Positions 1 through 10,499 of a DNA stretch of 32,000 bases are shown here, piece after piece. Every line of letters begins with the position of its first letter. Within the stretch, counting starts at the first letter, position 1. Source of the DNA: Candidatus Hadarchaeota archaeon (lineage in GTDB: Archaea > Hadarchaeota > Hadarchaeia > Hadarchaeales > Hadarchaeaceae); assembly GCA_964514965.1 (NCBI GenBank), contig CAZETV010000002.1, positions 1 through 32,000 of the forward strand, written 5' to 3'. The notes beneath the pieces were generated by a model. It searched no databases and had not been told where the DNA came from. It saw only the letters and a list, made by a program, of their open reading frames with translations. The translations under genes were made by a program, and so were the position numbers.

Positions 1-1
1 A

Positions 2-151
2 AGCCACTATCGTGTTGCAAAAGTAGGGGGTGATGAAGACTTATTCAACAAAGCCACCGCTATCGAAACCTTTATAAGAGAATTAAGGAGTCGCGCTAGT
101 TCATCAGCAGTTACCTCTCGTTTATTAGGGGTTTTGTCGAGAATTCAGTGA
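2..151 (+). CDS. C-terminal part of a truncated CDS entering from the left edge; product unknown
   Basis: Open frame 2 from the window edge to TGA at 149-151: ...SHYRVAKVGGDEDLFNKATAIETFIRELRSRASSSAVTSRLLGVLSRIQ*. Confidence 0.45.
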   Translation, partial: SHYRVAKVGGDEDLFNKATAIETFIRELRSRASSSAVTSRLLGVLSRIQ

Positions 152-254
152 CGAGGGGCATGAAGTTTGGAATGGTGATAGTGGCAGTTTTGCTGTTGGG
201 GTTCTCGTAGTGATTTTTTTGCTCATTAAAATACGATATTAGCAGAGAATGCTC

Positions 255-1076
255 TTAGAATCGCCTCGGGTATGAGCCGAGCACTTTAAGCATTGCCGTC
301 TTCCGCTTTACGCCCTCCAGCACCTTTCTCACCTCGATATCCTCACGGTGCCCCTCGAAGTCGATGAAGAAGAGATAATCGCCGAGCGCCTTCTTTGACG
401 GACGGGACTCAATCTTCGTCAGGTTTATGTTTCGGACTGCAAACTCGCCCAATATCTTGTGAAGGATACCCGGCCTGTCCCGGGCAGTGTAAAAAACGAT
501 TGAGGTCTTGTCGCGGCCCGTGGGTTTGCCATCCTCCTTCGCGAGGCATAGAAAGCGGGTGGTGTTCATCCCGCCCGACTGGATATCATCATGAAGCACT
601 TCCAGGCCGTAGAGGTTCGCGAGCGCCTTTGGCCCAATCGCTGCCATGTGGGGCTGCTTGAGTTCACCAACCTGCTCCGCTGCTTTGGCGGTGCTCGTCA
701 TCTCGATGAGTTCCGCTTTCGGCAAGTTCTTCCGCAGGAACTCGCGGCACTGGGCCAGCGCCTGAGGGTGGGAGAGCACCTGGGTGATTTTCACGAGCTT
801 AGCCCCGGGCACCCCAAGCAAGGAATGCGAGACCGGAACGACCACCTCGGCTTGGATTTTGGCATCTGCCCACGCGATCACATCGAGCGCCTCCCCCACG
901 GAACCCTCCCGCAAGCTCTCAATCGGGATGACGCCTGCCTGAACATCCCCGCGCGCCACGGCTTCAGCAACATCAGTAATCATAGGATAGAGTACCACCT
1001 CAACTTTCTCCCCGAACTGGGAGAGTGCAGCCAGTTCAGCGTATGTACCCCTGGGCCCGAGAACCCCAACCTTCAT
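255..1076 (-). CDS. pheA: Prephenate dehydratase with C-terminal ACT domain
   Basis: MKVGVLGPRGTYAELAA...GIIPIESLREGSVGE; TSIVFYTARDRPGILHKILGEFAVRNINLTKIESRPSK ACT signature; next to tyrA/aroE. Confidence 0.93.
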   Translation of the reverse strand: MKVGVLGPRGTYAELAALSQFGEKVEVVLYPMITDVAEAVARGDVQAGVIPIESLREGSVGEALDVIAWADAKIQAEVVVPVSHSLLGVPGAKLVKITQVLSHPQALAQCREFLRKNLPKAELIEMTSTAKAAEQVGELKQPHMAAIGPKALANLYGLEVLHDDIQSGGMNTTRFLCLAKEDGKPTGRDKTSIVFYTARDRPGILHKILGEFAVRNINLTKIESRPSKKALGDYLFFIDFEGHREDIEVRKVLEGVKRKTAMLKVLGSYPRRF

Positions 1077-1933
1077 TTTTTATTCTCCTCGAATATTTTA
1101 TAAATCTTTTTGTATGCATTTTTGGCTTCAGCCGATCCCCATGGAGCTAGGGCCTCTTTGAAAATTGCTCGAACGCTTTTGGCATCTCCAGCTGAGAAGG
1201 CGATATCCAACGAACGACAAGCTTCAAGGAGCGAACTCCGCACGACCCGCGAGTATCGGTTGCGCACCTGAAGTCCACCGTATAGCTCAGGGTTCCCCGC
1301 GAGCACGGATTTAGCTAGATTGAGTAACGTCGCGAACATCGGGGTACGAAGCTTTTCCGCTTGTTTAAGCCCCTTCATCGACTTGAGCGCGTCGAGGTAG
1401 GCGAGCAGCACGAAATGAGTCATGCATTGGATTATCGCCATCAAACGATCGTGCTCCTCCGCTTCCATCTCAGTGACTCGCGCGCCCAGCTCGATTAGGC
1501 GGTTTTTGAGCGCGGCGTAGCGTTGACCGGGCCTTACTGGCACCACCACGAAATCCTTCCCCTTGACGCTCGTCGCCCCCGGTCCGAAGAGGGGATGGAG
1601 CGACACAAGCTCGACTTTTGCTTCTACAGTTCGCATTACTTCAACGACATCGCTCTTCACCGAGGTGATATCTGCGAGCAATGCCATCCGCCTGACTTGC
1701 CCCGCGAGCAATTTGATGACCGCAGGAGTTTTGGAAATCGGTACAGCGATTAGCACGAGCTCAGCTTCTGCAGCAGCCTCAGCGACCGACTTAGAGCTTA
1801 CGCCCAATTCTCTTGCCACCTGCTCAGCCTTAGCTGCGCTGGCATCTGCGACTACAACCTCACCCAAATTTTGTTTGGCGAAGCTAGCCAACCATTTTCC
1901 CATCGCGCCCGTTCCGATGACGGCGACTTTCAC
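1073..1933 (-). CDS. tyrA: Prephenate dehydrogenase
   Basis: N-terminal GTGAMG Rossmann motif; SLHPLFGPGATSVKGKDFVVVP; EEHDRLMAIIQCMTHF; 4-bp overlaps with its neighbours. Confidence 0.9.
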   Translation of the reverse strand: MKVAVIGTGAMGKWLASFAKQNLGEVVVADASAAKAEQVARELGVSSKSVAEAAAEAELVLIAVPISKTPAVIKLLAGQVRRMALLADITSVKSDVVEVMRTVEAKVELVSLHPLFGPGATSVKGKDFVVVPVRPGQRYAALKNRLIELGARVTEMEAEEHDRLMAIIQCMTHFVLLAYLDALKSMKGLKQAEKLRTPMFATLLNLAKSVLAGNPELYGGLQVRNRYSRVVRSSLLEACRSLDIAFSAGDAKSVRAIFKEALAPWGSAEAKNAYKKIYKIFEENKK

Positions 1934-2790
1934 CTACTTCCTCCTCTCAACTCCCGTTTTGCTGCAGCCCTCATAATATTAATGGGTGCACGCCTGCCAG
2001 TCCAAATCTCGAATGCTAGCGCACCTTGATGCACGAGCATTTCTAACCCGTCGATAATCTTTACCCCTGCTCGACTCGCCTCTCGCAACAACTTCGTCCG
2101 GAGAGGTTCGTAAACGATATCGTGGACAACGAGCCCGCGACGCATCATGCTCGCACGCACTAGGGTTTTCTCTGTCTTGGGGTACATTCCTGCTGATGTG
2201 GCGTTGATCAGGACATCCGCATTTTCGAGAACCTTTGTGAGTTCGGCGCGGTTTAAGGCGGTTACTTCCACATTTACTCCCAGCTTTTGCTCGATTGTCG
2301 ACGCCAGCGCTCGCGCCCTTGGGACGGTGCGGTTGGCGATTGTAATCCTCGCACGTGTTTTAGCTAATGAGAAAGCAATGGCGCGGGCAGCTCCCCCTGC
2401 ACCCAAGAGCACCACTTCTTTCCCCTTGACGGAGCCAATCTTTCCCTGGAGCGCTCGAAGGGCACCCTCCCCGTCTGTGTTGAACCCGATGAGTTTCCCT
2501 CGATCGTTTTTGACTGTATTGACCGCGCCCACCAAGCTCGCAGACTCATCGAGCTCATCAAGCAGGCTGACGATACTTATCTTGTGAGGGATGGTGACAT
2601 TGAGTCCAGCAATATCCAGCGCCCGGACGCCAGCAATTGCGTCGGCAAGCGTGGGCTTTAGCACGCGGAGAGCGATGTAAACATAGTTAAGCCCAAGAGC
2701 TTGGAAGGTGGCATTGTGCATGGCTGGCGAGAGGCTTTGTTCGACTGGGTCGCCTATCAGAGCGAAGAGTTTGAGCTTCGCCAAGTTCAT
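1930..2790 (-). CDS. aroE: Shikimate dehydrogenase
   Basis: FALIGDPVEQSLSPAMHNATFQALGLNYVY; NVTIPHKISI; GFNTDGEGALRAL; LLGAGGAARAIAF. Confidence 0.95.
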   Translation of the reverse strand: MNLAKLKLFALIGDPVEQSLSPAMHNATFQALGLNYVYIALRVLKPTLADAIAGVRALDIAGLNVTIPHKISIVSLLDELDESASLVGAVNTVKNDRGKLIGFNTDGEGALRALQGKIGSVKGKEVVLLGAGGAARAIAFSLAKTRARITIANRTVPRARALASTIEQKLGVNVEVTALNRAELTKVLENADVLINATSAGMYPKTEKTLVRASMMRRGLVVHDIVYEPLRTKLLREASRAGVKIIDGLEMLVHQGALAFEIWTGRRAPINIMRAAAKRELRGGSR

Positions 2791-3566
2791 CTTTTCTCCT
2801 TGAGAATCAACTCATGCAACAAGCGTTTCATAGTCGCGATATCGAGCTGTCCAGGTGCGGTTGCCTTGCCCGCAGACGCATAAACGATTGGTGAACCTAA
2901 CATCGGGGCAACAATGCGCGTTATCTTGCCTGCATCTCCCATTGCGAAGGCTATTATTGGCACCGCTACTTCATCCTGCACCTGAGCTAGGAAGTCAAGC
3001 ATGCGGAGCGCATCCCGTGTGTCCTCTGCGAATGTCACAATTTTCGCGATGTCGCACCCAGCGCCCACTAAACGCTTCGCAGTGTCTATCATACTTTCGA
3101 TAGATGGCGTTATGGAAAAATCGTGATATGACATTACCACCGAGACGCCGGATTTTTTAGCCTGCGACACCACCCGCTCGCGCAGGGGCTCAGAGGTCGA
3201 GAATTCGATGTCGATGCAAGAAACCCCCCTCGCGATACCTTGGAGCAGCACCTCGATGCGCTTATTTTCATTTCCCCTAAAGCCGCCTCCCTCGCGCTCC
3301 AAGCGGTTCGTCAGGATCACCGGTACTTTAACTGGCAGCAATTTATCCCAGCCAGTGGGATCATGCAATCCGTCGATACGGAGCTCAATCAAGTCCGCAC
3401 CTTGATCGATTGCCCCAGCTACACTTGCGCGCATTGTTTCGATATCTTGGTCGATTACAACCCCGCAGATAGCGGGCGTTCGCACCTCATGCTCACCTAG
3501 TTTGAGCGTTCCCACAGAGTTTACGCTCCTATTAATCGGTTGACACTCCTGCCAACTACCTTTCAA
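2787..3566 (-). CDS. aroD: 3-dehydroquinate dehydratase, type I
   Basis: ADLIELRIDGL; VPVILTNRLEREGGGF; VVMSYHDFSITP; CDIAKIVTFAEDTRDALRML; PIIAFAMGDAGKITR. The true start may be downstream of the listed one. Confidence 0.92.
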   Translation of the reverse strand: MKGSWQECQPINRSVNSVGTLKLGEHEVRTPAICGVVIDQDIETMRASVAGAIDQGADLIELRIDGLHDPTGWDKLLPVKVPVILTNRLEREGGGFRGNENKRIEVLLQGIARGVSCIDIEFSTSEPLRERVVSQAKKSGVSVVMSYHDFSITPSIESMIDTAKRLVGAGCDIAKIVTFAEDTRDALRMLDFLAQVQDEVAVPIIAFAMGDAGKITRIVAPMLGSPIVYASAGKATAPGQLDIATMKRLLHELILKEKR

Positions 3567-4680
3567 TTACTGTCTCATCAACCTTAACACCGAAGTGTCG
3601 TCCAGCTCGCTCAATGTGCACGAGCACCTCGTCACCTGGCTTAAGCTTAGCTACCGAGATCGGCTTTCCACCTTTGTCGACGAGATTTATTGTTTCAGCA
3701 TTCTGGAGCAGCGTTTTGAATTTTTCTCCCTCGCACTCGGCCTCAACGAGCAACATCGGCCGACGCTCTATCTTTACTCGTCCGACCACACCCACCCGGG
3801 TCTCTCCCTTAGCGTTTACGAGCAGTACCTCGTCGCCCGCGCCTAGCTCCGACATGTATTTCGTCTTTCCTCCAGGCAATCGGATGTAAGCGTGCACTGC
3901 CCCCGCGTTCACCCGAAATGGGCGAGGCTCGACGAACTCACTTAGCAGCGACTCTGAATGAACCAAGAACATGCCACCTGCCTGACTCCCCACCAGCATC
4001 CCCTCGCCAACGCTCATGAGTGATGTGGTATCAACGCAGGCTCGATCGCCCATACCCACGGGACGAACTGTGGTGACCTTCGCTGGCACAAGCTCAAGTT
4101 TTTCAAGCGCGAACATTTCGAATGCCTCACACACTTTTCGGATTTCTCCAGTCCCACGCTCTCGCGAGTCAAGCAATACACCGGCAGCACCGATTTCGAG
4201 TGTCTCTATCGCGACCTTGGCTTCCTCGGCGTCTTTCACCCCAGTCAAAACTTTGACTTCAGCGCTTTGGAGTTCAGCGATTAAGTTCTCGAGTGGAATC
4301 ACTTTCCAATCAGGCGTAATTGCGATTAAGAAGTCAGCTACTTTTCCAGCCTTGACGGCGGCGCGCTCAAGTTCTTTATTCGCTACCTCGACAAGTACCG
4401 CAACCTTTTTTTCTTGTTTGTGCAAAGCCTCAACTTGCTTGATTGCTTGTTTGACCTCTGCGGTGCTTCGAGCGCTCAACATCACCACGCCAACACTCGG
4501 CGCCAGCTCATTTGTCGAGATGGTGACAGTTCCGAGCTTAAGTGCTTCTTGAACCTCCTTGGGCTTAACCAGCACGACATCCGCGCCGGCCTCAATCGCT
4601 GCGTTGATGAATGGTTTCCGCTTTTCCCAAGGCTCTTCCCAGTCAGCCCTGACCCAAACAAGCTTGCGCAATTTTTTCAC
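3556..4680 (-). CDS. 3-dehydroquinate synthase type II (archaeal AroB')
   Basis: [29 protein letters not shown]; [24 protein letters not shown]; [13 protein letters not shown]; archaeal DHQS-II-like, next to the ADTH synthase gene. Confidence 0.92.
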   Translation of the reverse strand: MKKLRKLVWVRADWEEPWEKRKPFINAAIEAGADVVLVKPKEVQEALKLGTVTISTNELAPSVGVVMLSARSTAEVKQAIKQVEALHKQEKKVAVLVEVANKELERAAVKAGKVADFLIAITPDWKVIPLENLIAELQSAEVKVLTGVKDAEEAKVAIETLEIGAAGVLLDSRERGTGEIRKVCEAFEMFALEKLELVPAKVTTVRPVGMGDRACVDTTSLMSVGEGMLVGSQAGGMFLVHSESLLSEFVEPRPFRVNAGAVHAYIRLPGGKTKYMSELGAGDEVLLVNAKGETRVGVVGRVKIERRPMLLVEAECEGEKFKTLLQNAETINLVDKGGKPISVAKLKPGDEVLVHIERAGRHFGVKVDETVIER

Positions 4681-5477
4681 CGCTTGAGTTCACGCATCGC
4701 CCGCTCGACCGAGACTCCTCCGTGTACGATCTGCACCAGCGCTCGAGTCATTCCAGTAGGGTTTCGGTGCTGGAAAATGTTGCGCCCTATCGAAACCCCT
4801 AGTGCTCCAGCTTTGACTGCTTCATTCGCCATCTCAAGCACATCCCGTTCGGTCACCATCTTCGGACCACCAGCAATCACCACTGGCACAGGGCAGCCCC
4901 GGACAACCTTTCGGAAAGAGTTGATGTCTCCAGTGTAAGATGTCTTAATTATGTCAGCCCCCAGCTCCGCTCCGACCCGTGCTGCATGCGCAACTAACTC
5001 GGGATCATGCTGATTCTTTATTTTTGGGCCGCGCGGGTACATCATCGCAAACAGAGGCATGCCCCAGTTCGCGCATGTCTCAGCAACATCCCCTAACGCC
5101 AGAAGCTGTTCCGGCTCGTTCGCCGCACCCACATTGACGTGAACCGAGACGGCGTCCGCGCCCAAGCTGATTGCCTCCTCAACTGTCGCTATTGGAACCT
5201 TACTGTTAGGGTCAGGCCCCAGCGAGGTGCTCCCCGAGAGGTGGATGATAAGCCCGACATCCTTTCCGTATCCTCGGTGCCCGGCGCGAACGATACCTTT
5301 GTGTAGCACAACGGCGTTTGCCCCGCCGTCAGCTACCTTGTTTATAATTGATGCCATGTTTTCGATACCTGCAATAGGCCCCATGCTCAAGCCATGATCC
5401 ATAGGTACAATCACTGTTCGCCTTGTTTTCCGGTCGATTATTCGCTCAAGCCTCACGCGTTTTCCAACTTCGGACAA
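4677..5477 (-). CDS. 2-amino-3,7-dideoxy-D-threo-hept-6-ulosonate (ADTH) synthase / DeoC-LacD-type class I aldolase
   Basis: [20 protein letters not shown]; VSVHVNVGA; [29 protein letters not shown]; [11 protein letters not shown]; TTG start preceded by GGAGGT. Confidence 0.9.
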   Translation of the reverse strand: MSEVGKRVRLERIIDRKTRRTVIVPMDHGLSMGPIAGIENMASIINKVADGGANAVVLHKGIVRAGHRGYGKDVGLIIHLSGSTSLGPDPNSKVPIATVEEAISLGADAVSVHVNVGAANEPEQLLALGDVAETCANWGMPLFAMMYPRGPKIKNQHDPELVAHAARVGAELGADIIKTSYTGDINSFRKVVRGCPVPVVIAGGPKMVTERDVLEMANEAVKAGALGVSIGRNIFQHRNPTGMTRALVQIVHGGVSVERAMRELKR

Positions 5478-5683
5478 TCACACTACCTCCTTATGTGATA
5501 TACTGCACACACATTAAAAAGTGTGCCAAAAAGCGTAAATTTGCTTGATCTAGGTATGACTGCTCTGACGATAAAGGCAATTACCGCCATCGCATCTCAT
5601 CTGGTTTTCCATACCTTACACCAGATATTCCCCCCGCCTCAAATCCTTATTAAACCTTTCGGAGATTGTTTAGCGGGAACCCC

Positions 5684-6970
5684 ATGACATTTTTGAAAGT
5701 TAAGCCCTCAAAACTGGAAGGAGAGGTTAAAGCACCTCCTTCGAAAAGTTACACTCACCGCGCTTTCATGGTTGCGTTGCTGGCGAGGGATAAAAGCAAG
5801 GTTATCAACCCACTTTTAAGTTTTGACACCGAAGCGACAATCGAAGCAGCTCAAACTCTCGGCGCGGAAATCAGCCAAGAAGGTAATGTTTGGCAGGTCT
5901 CAGGTACCGCTGGCGAACTCAAACCCCGTACTGATACCATCAATGCTCGCAACTCAGGCACAACTATTCGTTTGATGAGTGCAATCGCTGCGCTTTCACC
6001 CAATCTCGTACGTTTAACTGGCGATGAATCAGTCCGTGCTCGCCCCATTGGGCCATTAATCGAGGCGCTTACCAAGTTGGGGGCCACAGCACACTGCGAG
6101 GGGCCCCATGGCAGGCCTCCGGTAGTTGTGGGTAGAGGGTTAAATGGGGGTGAGGTGGAAATAACAGGCACGATAAGTTCACAATTCATCTCAGCACTGC
6201 TGCTAGCTTCTCCTTACGCGAAAGAGAACGTCGAGATAACAGTAACCGAAGAGCTACGATCCAAGCCCTACATCGAAATCACGCTTGAGTTGCTCGACGA
6301 GGCTGGGGCCAGAATCAAACGCGACCGTGGCCTCATGGAGTTCAAAATCCCTGGTGGGCAGGTATTAAAAGCGATAGATTTTGATGTCCCCGGCGATTTC
6401 TCTTCAGCAGCTTTCATGCTCGCAGCAGCCGCGCTCACGGGGGGGACCGTTCGGGTGAACAACCTTAATGTAAAAAGCGCCCAAGGGGACAAGCGGATTA
6501 TTGAATTGCTCCGAGAATTTGGGGCAGATACGAAGGTGAAAGGCAAGACGGTAGAAGTCTCGGGCGACGGGAGGCTCTCAGGCATCGAGGCCGATTGTGG
6601 CGATAATCCGGACTTGGTGCCCGCGCTCGCTGTGCTCGGCTCAGTTGCCGAAGGTCGGACTAGGCTCCTAAATATCCCCCATCTCCGGCTCAAAGAGACT
6701 GATCGTATCCACGCGCTAGCAAGCGAACTTCGAAAGCTGGGAGCTGAAGTGGAGGAGCGGACGGACGAACTCCGCATTCGAGGAGTAAAACGGCTCAAAG
6801 GCGCAAAACTTACTTCCTACGGAGATCACCGCATGGCGATGGCTTTCACGGTAGCTAGCTTAGCCGCGTTAGGGGAAACCATTATAGACGGTGCAGAGAG
6901 CATTAGCGTGTCATACCCAAGCTTTGTCGAAGATATACGAAAGTTGGGGGGCAAAGTGGAGTTGGTTTGA
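5684..6970 (+). CDS. aroA: 3-phosphoshikimate 1-carboxyvinyltransferase (EPSP synthase)
   Basis: [26 protein letters not shown]; [12 protein letters not shown]; [19 protein letters not shown]; [15 protein letters not shown]. The ORF is open from 5666; ATG at 5684 preferred. Confidence 0.95.
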   Translation: MTFLKVKPSKLEGEVKAPPSKSYTHRAFMVALLARDKSKVINPLLSFDTEATIEAAQTLGAEISQEGNVWQVSGTAGELKPRTDTINARNSGTTIRLMSAIAALSPNLVRLTGDESVRARPIGPLIEALTKLGATAHCEGPHGRPPVVVGRGLNGGEVEITGTISSQFISALLLASPYAKENVEITVTEELRSKPYIEITLELLDEAGARIKRDRGLMEFKIPGGQVLKAIDFDVPGDFSSAAFMLAAAALTGGTVRVNNLNVKSAQGDKRIIELLREFGADTKVKGKTVEVSGDGRLSGIEADCGDNPDLVPALAVLGSVAEGRTRLLNIPHLRLKETDRIHALASELRKLGAEVEERTDELRIRGVKRLKGAKLTSYGDHRMAMAFTVASLAALGETIIDGAESISVSYPSFVEDIRKLGGKVELV

Positions 6971-8067
6971 TGGCCGGCAATACATTCGGGAAGGTATTTA
7001 AGGTTACAACTTGGGGCGAGAGCCATGGTCTTTCCGTCGGCGCGATTGTCGATGGTGTCCCAGCTAGCTTACCGCTGAGCGAGGTGGATATACAACACGA
7101 ACTCGACAGGCGGCGCCCTGGCCAGTCAATTCTTGCGACACCACGCAGAGAACGCGACCGAGTCGAAATCCTCTCCGGGGTTTTCCAATGCAAGACGCTC
7201 GGCACGCCGATATGCATGCTCGTCCGCAACATCGATGTCGATTCGAAACCATACGAAGAAATCAAAACTAAGCCTAGGCCCGGTCATGCTGACCTCGCTT
7301 ACTGGCTCAAGTTCGGTCATACTGACTACCGGGGAGGGGGGCGAGCCTCGGCACGAGAAACTGTTGGACGAGTCGCAGCTGGGGCGATCGCGAAGAAGCT
7401 ACTCGCAGCTCACGGAATCGAGATTCTAGGTCACACCATCGAGGCCGCGAAAATAGCGGTCGAGCGGGAAGTGAAGTCTGAGGAAATCCGCAAAAACGTA
7501 GAGCGGAATCCTATGCGGTGCGCTGACCCAAAGGTGGCTGAACGGATGAAGCAAGCAGTATTGCACGCGAGTATAGATGGTAATAGTACTGGTGGAATAG
7601 TTGAGGTTCGGGCACTCAACATCCCTTCCGGGTTGGGCGAACCCGTTTTCGACAAGCTTGATGCAGAGATAGCTCATGCTCTGATGTCGGTGGGTTCAGT
7701 CAAAGGCGTTGAAATCGGTGCTGGCTTCAAAGCATCTAGAATGCTCGGCTCTGAGATGAATGATCCCTTGACGCTTCGTGGGCGCAAGATAATGAGTGCG
7801 ACGAACAACGCTGGGGGCATCCTCGGCGGCATAAGCACAGGCATGCCGATTGTCGCCCGGATAGCAGTCAAACCTACCCCCTCTATAACCCAACCGCAGC
7901 AAACTGTCGACATCGCCCGAATGAAAGAAGTTGAAATCAAGCTCAAGGGAAGATTCGACCCAAACATCTGCCCGCGCATTGTGCCCGTGGCTGAGGCGAT
8001 GCTCGCACTGGTGCTCGCGGACCACATGCTGCGCGCTGGAAAAGTTAATCCTACCCGTTTAAAGTAA
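6967..8067 (+). CDS. aroC: Chorismate synthase
   Basis: [29 protein letters not shown]; [22 protein letters not shown]; [15 protein letters not shown]. Confidence 0.96.
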   Translation: MMAGNTFGKVFKVTTWGESHGLSVGAIVDGVPASLPLSEVDIQHELDRRRPGQSILATPRRERDRVEILSGVFQCKTLGTPICMLVRNIDVDSKPYEEIKTKPRPGHADLAYWLKFGHTDYRGGGRASARETVGRVAAGAIAKKLLAAHGIEILGHTIEAAKIAVEREVKSEEIRKNVERNPMRCADPKVAERMKQAVLHASIDGNSTGGIVEVRALNIPSGLGEPVFDKLDAEIAHALMSVGSVKGVEIGAGFKASRMLGSEMNDPLTLRGRKIMSATNNAGGILGGISTGMPIVARIAVKPTPSITQPQQTVDIARMKEVEIKLKGRFDPNICPRIVPVAEAMLALVLADHMLRAGKVNPTRLK

Positions 8068-8076
8068 ATTTTAGAG

Positions 8077-8967
8077 GTGTGGATTCTGGCTAAACGTCGA
8101 GGAACTGCTTCGGCGTGCGGCTCCGCTACCGTTGTTAACGCGATAGCTACGGGCAAAGGAGCCGCATTCGGGGTCGAGCTTCGAGTTAGAGCGAGTTGCG
8201 AGCTTACCGGCAGGCCAGGGGAGATTATCGGGCGAGTGGTTGATGACCCCACTGAAAGCCCTCGACTGATTGAGATATGTGTGCAAAAAGTTCTCAAACA
8301 TTTCAAGCTTGAACGAACCTACGGCGCACGAGTGCAGACAAGGTCTAAAGTCCCGATTGCCATGGGGCTTTCGAGCAGTTCCGCTGCTGCTAACGCTGCG
8401 GTGCTCGCTACTTTCGCGGCGCTTGGCCGAAAACCAAACCCAAAACTTGTACTGGACTTGGGTATCGATGCCGCATTTGAGGCAGGTGTCACCATAACCG
8501 GAGCACTTGATGACGCAGCGGCTTCATTTTTTGGTTTCGGTGTAATAACAGACAACATCAAACGACTGGTGCTTCAACGATTCAAACTAAATCCGAAGCT
8601 CACCGTGCTAATTTATGTGCCACCGACGAAGTTCCACACTTCGCAGATAAACATGACTCGGGTAAAGTCACTTCAGAAGGGCGTCAAGGTCGCACACGAT
8701 CAAACTATACTAGGAAATGTCTTCGGTGCCTTAACGCTCAACGGCTTGCTCTACTCGAGCGCGCTCGGCTACGACCCAATGATAATGCTAGATGCTTTGG
8801 CCGCGGGTGCGCTCGCAGCTGGCCTTACAGGTACTGGTCCAGCGGTAGTAGCAATAGCTAAATCGAATAACGTCGAGAGTATAAAGAAGTCTTGGCGATG
8901 GAGACCCGGGAGAATAATCACCACCAAGCCGGCCACGGAGGGCGCACGAATCGAGAGATATCTATGA
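8077..8967 (+). CDS. Archaeal shikimate kinase (GHMP kinase superfamily), GTG start
   Basis: KVPIAMGLSSSSAAANAAVLATF GHMP motif; GAAFGVELRVRASCELTG; C-terminal LAAGLTGTGPAVVAI; located between aroC and chorismate mutase. Confidence 0.92.
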   Translation: MWILAKRRGTASACGSATVVNAIATGKGAAFGVELRVRASCELTGRPGEIIGRVVDDPTESPRLIEICVQKVLKHFKLERTYGARVQTRSKVPIAMGLSSSSAAANAAVLATFAALGRKPNPKLVLDLGIDAAFEAGVTITGALDDAAASFFGFGVITDNIKRLVLQRFKLNPKLTVLIYVPPTKFHTSQINMTRVKSLQKGVKVAHDQTILGNVFGALTLNGLLYSSALGYDPMIMLDALAAGALAAGLTGTGPAVVAIAKSNNVESIKKSWRWRPGRIITTKPATEGARIERYL

Positions 8968-9752
8968 GTGAGAAAAAGTTGCAGATGCTAAGGCAGGAAA
9001 TAGACGATATTGATGAACGGGTCATCTTATTGCTCGCGCAGCGGTTGAAACTAGCAGACGATCTCGTGGCGCTGAAACGGAAACTCAAGATAGGAATCAG
9101 AGACATGACAAGAGAACGAGCAGTCATCAACCGTGCTAGAAAGCGGGCAAAAAGTGAGGGGCTGGAACCCGCGTTCATCGAGAGCGTGATGCGGTTGGTG
9201 ATAGCGCACATGGCTGGAGTGGAGCGCGAGTTCGTAGGCGGCGCGGGGATGTGGACGAAAATTCAGGACGCCTTCGCTAATTTTCCAGCTCAGCTCAACG
9301 TTGCGCGGACACTGTTCAAATATGGGCTTCGAGTACGGGAGAATGGAGAAATTGCCTGCGGCGATATCCGGATTCCCGCTGTCCAGATAGCAGGGGAAGT
9401 AGGCGTTGACCGGCGCGTGGTCGATGCTACCGCCCAGACTATTTTGAAAAATGATGAGCTGCGTGGGATATTCGAAAACCTTGAGCCCATAGCCTACTTG
9501 AAGGGTGTGGCCCAGCAGATCGGGATGGGGGTAATCGAGATTTTGCCGAAGAACGCAACCGAGCCCGGCATAATAAGCGAGGTGGCGGGCACCATCTCAC
9601 GCTTTAAGATAAGCATCCGCCAAGCAGTTGCGGAAGACCCTCACTTCGTGCCTCAACCCAAGTTGACTTTAATCACTGACGAGCCAGTGCGTGGCGACGT
9701 GATCGAAGCACTGAGAAAGTTGCCGAGCGTACAAAGCGTTGTCGTTTATTAG
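8964..9752 (+). CDS. Chorismate mutase (AroQ-type) fused to a COG2061-like amino-acid-metabolism regulatory/ACT domain
   Basis: N-term MSEKKLQMLRQEIDDIDERVILLLAQRLKLADDLVALKRKL...ARKRAKSEGLEPAFIESVMRLVIAHM; C-term KYGLRVRENGEIACGDIRIPAVQIAGEVGVDRRVVDATAQTIL...GMGVIEILPKNATEPGIISEVAGTISRFKISIRQAVAED. The ATG overlaps the shikimate kinase stop. Confidence 0.85.
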   Translation: MSEKKLQMLRQEIDDIDERVILLLAQRLKLADDLVALKRKLKIGIRDMTRERAVINRARKRAKSEGLEPAFIESVMRLVIAHMAGVEREFVGGAGMWTKIQDAFANFPAQLNVARTLFKYGLRVRENGEIACGDIRIPAVQIAGEVGVDRRVVDATAQTILKNDELRGIFENLEPIAYLKGVAQQIGMGVIEILPKNATEPGIISEVAGTISRFKISIRQAVAEDPHFVPQPKLTLITDEPVRGDVIEALRKLPSVQSVVVY

Positions 9753-9795
9753 TGGTTTTTTATTAGGGTTGATTACATCAGCTGTTGCTCCGAGT

Positions 9796-10131
9796 TCAAA
9801 ACCTGAAGAGCTGCGCGTGTGGGATATCTTGAATTTTGATGACATTTGCGCTTTCGATGATTCCGACTTTAACTGCGTGCCACACTATCGACCCCACGAG
9901 GTTTGCAATCGTGGCTTCGCGCAGCGCTGTGAGACACTCCTCGACGCTAGCTTCGGTTCCCCGATAAAATGATTCTTTGATTTCAAGCTTCAGTTCACCC
10001 TGCTTAAATTTCTTCCCAAGTAGCTCTGGGTCACAAACGACGACGAGTACCTCGCCCTGAGTTCGGATTACTCTGAGGGAGGGCAAGACTAAACGCTCCT
10101 CACAGACGCTCTGGCGCCGCACGCCTCGCAC
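9796..10131 (-). CDS. DUF424-family archaeal protein (start uncertain; N-terminus overlaps aIF2-beta)
   Basis: LGKKFKQGELKLEIKESFYRGTEASVEECLTALREATIANLVGSIVWHAVKVGIIESANVIKIQDIPHAQLFRF; conserved position after aIF2-beta. Confidence 0.75.
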   Translation of the reverse strand: MRGVRRQSVCEERLVLPSLRVIRTQGEVLVVVCDPELLGKKFKQGELKLEIKESFYRGTEASVEECLTALREATIANLVGSIVWHAVKVGIIESANVIKIQDIPHAQLFRF

Positions 10132-10499
10132 CGTAGAATGTAAATTCGTTCGTGCCGCTCGAGCTTAGTGTCAGGCTTTCCACACTCGCGACAGAACACG
10201 AACTCCTCGACATAACGTTGGATTCGCTCGTTCACCGCCGTATTCAAAAATTTTCCCTGAAAAACAACCTGAGTCCCCTCGATGTTGCCAGCTACCCCCA
10301 GCTCTCGGAGTAGATATTTTATGAGATGTTCAGGCTCGCGGTTGAGGGCGCTTGCGATGCTTCGAAAGTTCTGGAGGATTGTGCGGTTTCCAACAATCGC
10401 AACTTCTGCCTCGGGAATCTGGAAGCGAGAACTCTCGAACACCGCTTTAGGTACCTGCTCGAGAGCGCGGTCGAGCAGTTTTTCGTAATCTTCACTCAT
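10089..10499 (-). CDS. Translation initiation factor aIF2 subunit beta
   Basis: YEKLLDRALEQVP; VGNRTILQNFRSIASALNREPEHLIKYLLRELG; zinc ribbon FVFCRECGKPDTKL...LRCEACGARASV. Confidence 0.95.
   Translation of the reverse strand: MSEDYEKLLDRALEQVPKAVFESSRFQIPEAEVAIVGNRTILQNFRSIASALNREPEHLIKYLLRELGVAGNIEGTQVVFQGKFLNTAVNERIQRYVEEFVFCRECGKPDTKLERHERIYILRCEACGARASVRSV

Noticed and set aside
3208-4938. Plus-strand ORFs (e.g. 4016-4552, 4414-4938) opposite the aro genes
   Set aside because: Low-complexity Ser/Thr-rich antisense translations of strongly supported minus-strand genes.
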